Below, one piece after another: positions 56,276 through 64,000 of a stretch of 64,000 nucleotides of DNA (position 1 is its first letter; every line of letters starts with the position of its first letter). Made by a program: the position numbers and the translations under genes. The notes under the pieces are model-generated. The model worked only from the letters and a program-made list of their open reading frames with translations, did not search any database and had not been told where the DNA came from. The stretch lies in contig OZ024740.1 in assembly GCA_964016885.1 (NCBI GenBank), positions 39,928,001 through 39,992,000 on the forward strand. The letters run 5' to 3'. This DNA is from Eledone cirrhosa. Lineage: Eukaryota.

Positions 56276-58722
56276 CTCCAGCCGTCACGTATCCTCTGCA
56301 GTTGCTGCCCATGTCTCACTACCATGCAACATCGCGCTCCTCACACAGGCATCATATAACTGGCCTTTCGTACGCAGGGAGAAACCCTTCTTCGTCAGCA
56401 GAGGAAGCAGCTCCCTAAACTTCTCCCAACCCGTCCTTATTCTAGATACTATGGCCTCAGAACACCCCACTCCCATGCTAATTTGATCTCCTAGGTACCG
56501 GAAGCTATCCACCACTTCTATAGCACCCGCCTGCATTTGAAAAATGTGTCTATCAATGCGACTTCTACTGTCTAATTTCCCTGAACATCTACTGCATACA
56601 TATTTCTCCCTACCTGTTAGTTTGCCTGCTATCCCGCTACATCTCTTGTGTACCCAGGATCTGCATTGTGTGCATTTTATAGAATTTATGCCAGTTCCTT
56701 TTCTGCATATCGAACATGGCCATTTCCCTGACGGAATCAGAGTTTTGTCCTCTTTTCTACTCATCAACACTTTTGTCTTAGCTAGGTTAACTCTCAGTCC
56801 TCTTGCTTCCAACTGCTGTTTCCATAGCCAGAATTTATTCTCTAGCTCCTCTACTGATTCTGCTATAAGAACCAGATCGTCAGCATAGAGAAGTTCCCAT
56901 GGGCAGCCAGTCTTAAACTCCTCTGTTATGGCCTGGAGGACTATAATGAACAAGAGCGGGCTGAGGACCGAACCTTGATGTACTCCTACTTGTATCTGGA
57001 ATTCCTCACTAAACTCCATTCCTACCCTGACTTTACTGACAGTACCTCTGTACAAAGTTTGCACTGTCCTCACAAGCCATTCCTCAACACCTAGTTTCCT
57101 TAGGGACCACCAGATGACAGATCGGGGTACCCTATCAAAGGCCTTCTCTAGGTCAACAAAGGCTAAGTATAGTGGCTTATTTTTCTCTAAGAACCTCTCT
57201 TGCAATTGTCTCACCAAGAAGAGGGCATCTGTTGTACTCTTCCCAGGCACAAAACCAAACTGCATCTCATTTAGTTTGACCCTTTCTCTAATTAGTTGTG
57301 CTAATATCCTTTCTGCCACTTTCATAACCTGGTCCATCAGTTTTATACCCCTATAATTGCTCCTCTCCAGAGCATCCCCTTTACCTTTGTAGTAATTTAT
57401 GAGAATACTGCTGCACCAGTCTTTGGGTATGACACCACCATATATAGCCTGATTGATGATGCGTGCAACCAGTTTAGTGCCTACGTCCCCTGATGCCTTC
57501 AGCATCTCAGCAACTATTCCCGATGGTCCAGCAGTTTTACCATTTTTCATTTCCTTAATCGCCTCTTGGACCCTATATTCGTCAATCTCAATAGCTGGTC
57601 TCTCTGTCGGATCTACTGAGGGTAATTTCTCTCTCTCCCATTCGTTCTCCACATTCATCAGTCTCTCATAATGACATTTCCAGGCTCCTTTTTCTGATCA
57701 TTCGTGACACTAAGTACACCGCCATCTTTCCGGACACATTTATCTCCAACAACATCCTGATTTGCATTGACACACTGCCTTGCAATGTGGAACACCGCAC
57801 GACTCTGATCTTCCCGTCGCAGAACATTGGCAAACCTCCTACTCTTAGCCTCCCTGCGTGCTAAGTACACCTGACGTCTAGCTTCTCTCTTAGCAGCTGT
57901 ATATTCTTCCCTACTCCCACCCTTTTTCCAAGCCTTCCATGCTAGTCTTTTGTCTCTAATGGCCTTATCTACTGTGCTGTTCCACCACCAGGTCACTCTC
58001 TGTCTGGTTGGAGCTCTGCTCCAGTCACAAGTTTCATCAGTAGCCTGCAGTAAGTTGTCACGTAAGAAATTCCAGTTATTATCTATGTCATACGTCTCTA
58101 AATCGTCTTCTTTTTTTGTCATATACATCTTGAAGGGCTTTCCTAAATTTGTATTTTAGTGAAAAGTCTTTTAGCTTCCAGACCTTTCTTCTCCACACCT
58201 TCCTGTATGTCTCATTCCATCTCTTGCTTACTGAGATATCACTAACGACTAACCTATGCTGTGGGATACATTCTTCCCCAGGGTATGCCTGTCCCGCTGC
58301 CTAACTAGTAAGAAGTCAATCTGGCTTATGTGCTCGCCAGATTTGTAGGTTATTAGGTGGTTGGCAGGTTTCTGGAAGTTTGTGCTGCAAATAGTCAGTG
58401 TACTTGCATCACAAAATTCAAGAAGTCTCACTCCTTCTTTTCTTGAGCCGTAACCATGCCCACCATGTACCCCAGTGTAACCATCCTGGAGCTGTCCAAC
58501 ATGACCATTGAAGTCCCCTGCTAACATAACGATGTCTCCGTCCTCTGTCATTGCGGTTGTTTGTAAAAGTTGCTCGTAAAAGCAGTCTTTCTCATCTTTG
58601 CCTAGGCCTGCTTGGGGAGCATAGGCAGAGATGATTGTCAGTAGTCTCCTGCCTACAACTAATCTAAGCTTAATTATTTGATTACTAACTCGAACTACCT
58701 CTATTGTCTTATTGATCCATCT
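56270..58722 (-). mobile_element. RTE LINE family A, truncated at both ends; 457-aa open stretch with a complete RT core (YADD) and PHD finger
   Basis: ORF 56,285-57,658: QFGF, AFVDLEKAFDRVP, GVHQGSVLSPLLF, LLYADDLVL, CSIC-x10-CTQC-x4-H-x2-C-x14-CSRC; APE part upstream with frameshifts. Confidence 0.96.
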
Positions 58723-59042
58723 ACAATCTGTATATAATATAAAAGAGAGATCTTTGTTGGTTGGTGTCTTCATGCATCACACAAAAATGAAAACTGACAA
58801 TCGAAAAGTAAGTACACTAATGGAATAGGAGTTTATTGATACTTATTTTATAACATCAAAGAAGAAAAACATTGTGGGTATACTAACCAACCCAACTACT
58901 ATTCCTAGCAGGCTGGTGGAAGACAACCACAAGGATTTTTCTGTGTTGTCAGTGATGCTTGTGTTTTGTGGCTAGCACCTCCGTGGATTCGAATGCTGGT
59001 TTACTCACACACACATATATAATTATTTATATCTATATCTGT

Positions 59043-60467
59043 CATCATCATCATCAATTTTCTTCAAAACATCTGTTTTTCTGTGCTTGCATGGGTTGGA
59101 CGGGTCCTCAGCATGGGATCTCCCCACTCATCGCAACCCTTTGTCATCTCTGAGTGTCAGCTCTCACAACCTCTGCCCAGGTCTTTCTTGGTCTACTTGT
59201 ACCGCGACTTCTTTCCACAAGCACTCCTTTACCCAACGATCATTGTCCATGCACATCACATGTTCATACCAATGCAGTTTTCTTTCCTGCACATGACCTC
59301 GGATTCCTCTTAAACCCAGTTTCTCTCTCTGCTCGTTCAAGTTCTGCCTTTCTCTCACTTACATTGCATATCCAAGGAACATGGTTGCTTCATTTCTTTT
59401 CAGTAAACACATCTCCTTTGCAGTCACCGCCCATGTTTCCCTACCATGGAGCATCACACTTCATACACAGTTGTCATACAGTCATCCTTTTGTATGTAGG
59501 GAGAAACTTTCTGTGGTCAACAGTGGGAGTAGCTCTCTGAACTTTTTCCATCCTATCCTTATTCTAGCTATTATACTCTCAGAGCACCCTCCTCCATTGC
59601 CAATTATGTTCTCTAGATAGTAGAAGTTATCAACTACTTCTATGGGTCCTTCCTGTGACTAGAATAGGTTTACATCACTGTCTTTCTTCCCCTCAGTTAC
59701 TCCTGTGCATCTTCTATAAAGTCTTCCCTAACAGTCTATCCATTATCCTACTACATCTCTTGTGTACCCAAAATTTACATTATGTATATTGTATGGGGTG
59801 TATGCCTACTCCCTGTCTAAAAATTGAGCATGTCCACTTTCCTGAAGGAATCAGGGTCCTATCTTTTCTCCTACTCGCTAGCATTTTAGTTTTGGCTAAG
59901 TTAACTCACAGACCTTTTGATTTGACTTTTGTGTTTGCGTTATTGATATTGCAAATGGTTTGTTCATTTGCGTCACATAATTCCAAGAGTCTCAATCCCT
60001 CTTCATTTCTTGAGCCATAACCACTGTGAACTCCATGAATCCGTCCTGGTACTGCCCCACATGTCCATCGAAGTTGTCTGCCAGGTGATGTGGTCACCTT
60101 TATCGGTACCTGAAGTTGTCTGTAAAATTCCTTCATAGAACCTGTCTTTTTGTTCTTTACTCAGTCCTGCCTTTGGGGCATTGGTAGATGTAATCGTCAC
60201 CATTCTATTTCCTACAGCTAATCTAAGCTTGATGTTTCTGTTGCTTACTCTAACTACTTCTATCACTTTATCTATCCATTTCTCAGCTAGTACGATGCCT
60301 ACACCTCCTACCCCATCGTCATTTCCTATCCAGTAAAGCTTGTATCTATGCTGTTTGCCTGACAGTAGTCTTGCTGAGGCAGCCCTCCATCTCACCTCCT
60401 GTATGCAGCAAATGTTCACTCCTCTTCTCTCTAGCAGCTCCACAATTTCACCCAATTTACCTTTCAG
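59043..60467 (-). mobile_element. RTE LINE (family D) with a large internal deletion joining the endonuclease to the PHD/thumb region; (GAT)n tail
   Basis: EIVELLERRGVNICCIQEVRWR...GVGGVGIVL...GSRNEEGLRLLELCDAN, then directly SKGL.VNLAKTK near 59,930. Confidence 0.85.
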
Positions 60468-60764
60468 GCAGGAGGTCTAAAGAAAAAAAAATCATCTTAT
60501 CTACATTAGTATCACCATGCTGAATGTTAAGAGAGGTGAAAAGGGAAGCTAGACTGCCTGATTGGAGGAATGGTGAGGACAAGGTTGACATGACCAAGTT
60601 ATAGTAAAAAATGTTTTGGGCGAAGTTAAAAGTTAGAACATCGAAATAATAATAGCAGGAAGCTAGGGCAAGCTAATCAGCTGTTAAACTTTGGAATAAT
60701 AATAATATGAAAATATAAATAATAAAAAGGATGTTTAAAGAAATATATATATATTAGAACATAG

Positions 60765-62054
60765 CTCATAGCTGAACTAGAGAAGAAATTCCAAACATGG
60801 AAGCATGGTCTAGAATCAAAAGGCCTTAAAATTAACCTGTCTAAGACTAAAGTTCTAGTTTGTAGGAAGGAAAATAGGGCACTGGTCCCATCTGGGAAAT
60901 GGCCATGCTCAGTGTGTAGGAAAGGAGTAGGTAGAAACTCCATTTTATGTCCCAAATGCAAAGTATGAGTGCATAAAAGATGTAGTGGGATCACAGGTAA
61001 GCTAACTAAGAATATAGATTTTATATGTGGCCGGTGCTCAGGTACAATAAGTAGCAGCAAGTGCCCACAGAATACTAGCTCATTCCATTGCACAGATGGT
61101 TCTATAGAAATAGTGAACACCTTCCGTTACCTGGGTGACAAAATCAGCAGTGGTGGAGGGTGCTCTGAAAGTACAGTAGCTAGAGTCAGAACGGGGTGGA
61201 AAAAGTTCAGAGAGCTTATACCACTATTGGCCGCTAAAGGTTTCTCTCTAAAAATGAAAGGCAGGCTGTATGATGCCTGCATACGAACAGCAATGTTGCA
61301 TAGCAGTGAGACTTGGGCATTGTGTGCAGAGGATATACGCAGACTGGAGAGGAACGAAGCTTGCATGCTCCGCTGGATGTGTAATAGTAATATACGTGAA
61401 CGGCAAAGCATAAATGAACTAAGGGAGAAATTAGGAATAAGAGGGATCAGATGTTGTTTACTCGAGAGAAGACTACATTGGTATGGTCACGTGATGCGCA
61501 TGAAAGACAACAGCTGTATAAAAAGTGCAGGGTGATAAAAGTAGACGGTAGCCACGGAGTAGGCAGACCCAGAAAAACCTGGGGCGACTTGATAAATTCC
61601 GACCTCACACACTTAAACCTCTCCAAGACAATGTCACTGGACCGAGATCTTTGGCGCTACACAGTAATACAGAAGACCCGCCTTGCCTAAGTACAAAGCG
61701 AAACCTACCCTACAGTCAGTAGGCACCTCTTAGCAAAAATACACCCCCGTTCCACTACCCCCATCCCATCCACACCACCCCTTTCGATGTAAAGTTATGT
61801 TGGTACCACAACATCCAATCCGAAATAAATGAGGTGTCATGACAAAAAAACACACAGTCTACGCTGTAATGTGGCCGTGTAGGTAACACGGTAAAAGCCT
61901 CCCGGCCCACACTGTAAACGTGGTTGGTGTTAGGAAGAAAACCCGCCAGACAGTCCTATGCGAGCAAGACAACCAATCTTGCCTCAAGTGGGAAAATTCC
62001 CATCCAAACCCATGCAAGCGTGGAAGATGGACGTTAAACGATGATGATGATGAT
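60765..62054 (+). mobile_element. 5'-truncated RTE LINE family B
   Basis: HKRCSGITGKL...FICGRC, FRYLG, RRLHWYGHVMR, same 3'UTR and (GAT)n tail as the 38,840 copy. Confidence 0.92.
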
Positions 62055-62222
62055 ATATGCAGTTTCCGTCTACCAAATTTCACCAACAGTACTGCACTTT
62101 TGTAATGACTGAACCTGAAACCATAAGCTTACAAATTAAACCCCTGAACCATACAGCCATGCCTGTTTTATAGATACAATAATTATCTAAATGTTACAAA
62201 TATAAATTTGTTTTTCTTTTAT

Positions 62223-62569
62223 ATCATCATCATTTCGTCGTCATCATTTCATTTTACGTCTGCTTTTTTCCCTGCTTGCAAGGGTGGAACGGGAACTGAT
62301 GCTGGCTTGATTTCTACAGCTGGATGCCCTTCCTAACACCAACCACATTTACAGTGTGGGCTGGGTGCTTTTTTGCCGTGGCACCTCCACGACCACTTTG
62401 GAATGATATGGACCCCAGTCCCTATCATATCATTTCTATAGCTGAGTAAACTGGAGCAATGTGAAATAAAGTGTCTTGCTCAAGGAAACAACACATCACC
62501 TGGTCTGAGAATTGAACTCACAACCTTTCGATTGCAAGGCCAATGCTCTAACCACTAAGCCATGTGCCT
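62223..62569 (-). mobile_element. tRNA-derived CORE-like SINE with RTE-type tail
   Basis: Near reverse complement of 36,680-37,025. Confidence 0.87.
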
Positions 62570-62615
62570 ATATATCTATATATAATATAAAAGATATATA
62601 TATCTATATATATAT

Positions 62616-64000
62616 ATCAATAAGACAATAGAGGTAGTTCGAGTTAGTAATCGAATAATTAAGCTTAGATTAGTTGTAGGTAGGAGACTACTGACAATCA
62701 TCTCGGTCTATGCTCCCCAAGCAGGCCTAGGCAAAGATGAGAAAGACTGCTTTTATGAGCAACTTTTGCAAACAACCACAATGACAGAGGACGGAGACAT
62801 CGTTATGCTAGCAGGAGACTTCAATGGTCATGTTGGACAGCTCCAGGATGGTTACACTGGGGTACATGGTGGGCATGGTTACGGTTCAAGAAATGAAGAA
62901 GGAGTGAGACTTCTTGAATTTTGTGATGCAAGTACATTGACTATTTGCAACACAAACTTCCAGAAACCTGCCAATCACCTAATAACCTACAAATCTGGTG
63001 AGCACATAAGCCAGATTGACTTCCTGCTAGTTAGGCAGCGGGACAGGCAGATAGTGTCTAATACCAAGGCATACCCTGGGGAAGAATGTACCCCACAGCA
63101 TAGGTTAGTTGTTAGTGATATCTCAGTAAGCAAGAGATGGAATGAGCCATATAGGAAGGTGTGGAGAAGAAAGGTCTGGAAGCTAAAAGACCTTTCACTA
63201 AAATTCAAATTTAGGAAAGCCCTTCAAGATGTATATGACGAAAAAGAAGACGATTTAGAGACGTATGACATAGATAATAACTGGAAGTTCTTACGTGACA
63301 ACTTGCTGAAGGCTACTGATGAAACTTGTGGCTGGAGCAGAGCCCCAACCAGACAGAGAGTGACCTGGTGGTGGAACAGCAGTGTAGATAAGGCTATTAG
63401 AGACAAAAGACTAGCATGGAAGGCTTGGAATAAGGGTGGGAGTAGGGAAGAATATACAGCCACTAAGAGAGAAGCTAGACGTCAGGTGTACTTAGCACGC
63501 AGGGAGGCAGAGAGTAGGAGGTTTGCCAATGTTCTGCGACGGGAAGATCAGAGGCGTGCGGTGTTCCACATTGCAAGGCAGTGTGTCAATGCAAATCAGG
63601 ATGTTGTTGGTGATAAATGTGTCCGGGATGATGCCGGTGTACTTAGTGTCACGAATGACCAGAAAAAGGAGGCCTGGAAATGCCATTATGAGAGACTGAT
63701 GAATGTGGAGAACGAATGGGAGAGAGAGAAATTACCCTTGGTAGATCCGACAGAGGGACCAGCTATTGAGATTGACGAATATAGGGTCCAAGAGGCGATT
63801 AGGGAAATGAAAAATGGTAAGGCGGCCGGACCATCGGGAATAGTTGCTGAGATGCTGAAGGCATCAGGGGACGTAGGCACTAAACTGGTTGCACGCATAA
63901 TCAATCAGGCTATATATGGTGGTGTCATACCCAAAGACTGGTGCAGCAGTATTCTCATAAATTGCTACAAAGGTAAAGGGGATGCTTTGGAGAGGAGCAA
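62616..64000 (+). mobile_element. Young RTE LINE family A copy, 5'-truncated, reading frame open to the window edge (~461 codons)
   Basis: Hand translation from ATC AAT AAG at 62,616 (INKTIEVVRV...GDFNGHVG...VTWWWN...NCYKGKGDALERS) shows no stop; missed by the ORF track because it has no stop inside the window. Confidence 0.95.

Noticed and set aside
44543-63904. Numerous ORFs antisense to the RTE copies
   Set aside because: Shadow frames of the LINE ORF, repeated in each copy, with no independent motifs

Overview
AT-rich, repeat-dense animal genomic DNA. It is probably from a coleoid cephalopod (Octopus-like); this is an inference from the RTE LINE and tRNA-SINE repertoire with (GAT)n tails. 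Bases 1-~33,815 are a tandem array of a 28-bp monomer (ACCACATCCTCTACATAACAGAGACAGT, ~1,200 copies) with nested higher-order periods of ~3.75 kb and ~7.55 kb. The first five coding exons of a BRAP (BRCA1-associated protein/IMP) orthologue lie on the minus strand (49,286 down to 34,925; 252 aa). The splice phases are consistent, so the satellite array appears to sit inside BRAP intron 5. A divergently oriented gene, probably SPT6/SUPT6H, has its first coding exon at 55,082-55,232. The rest is mostly transposon-derived: seven RTE-clade LINE fragments (a C4HC3 PHD-type finger directly after the RT core is visible in six), a decayed full-length mariner, a MITE, and CORE-like and Nin/Deu-like tRNA SINEs. 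The most notable element is a near-perfect 159-bp-arm palindrome in BRAP intron 1 (47,449-47,771). Each arm carries a minimal type I hammerhead ribozyme motif of the kind found in Penelope-like elements, one on each strand.
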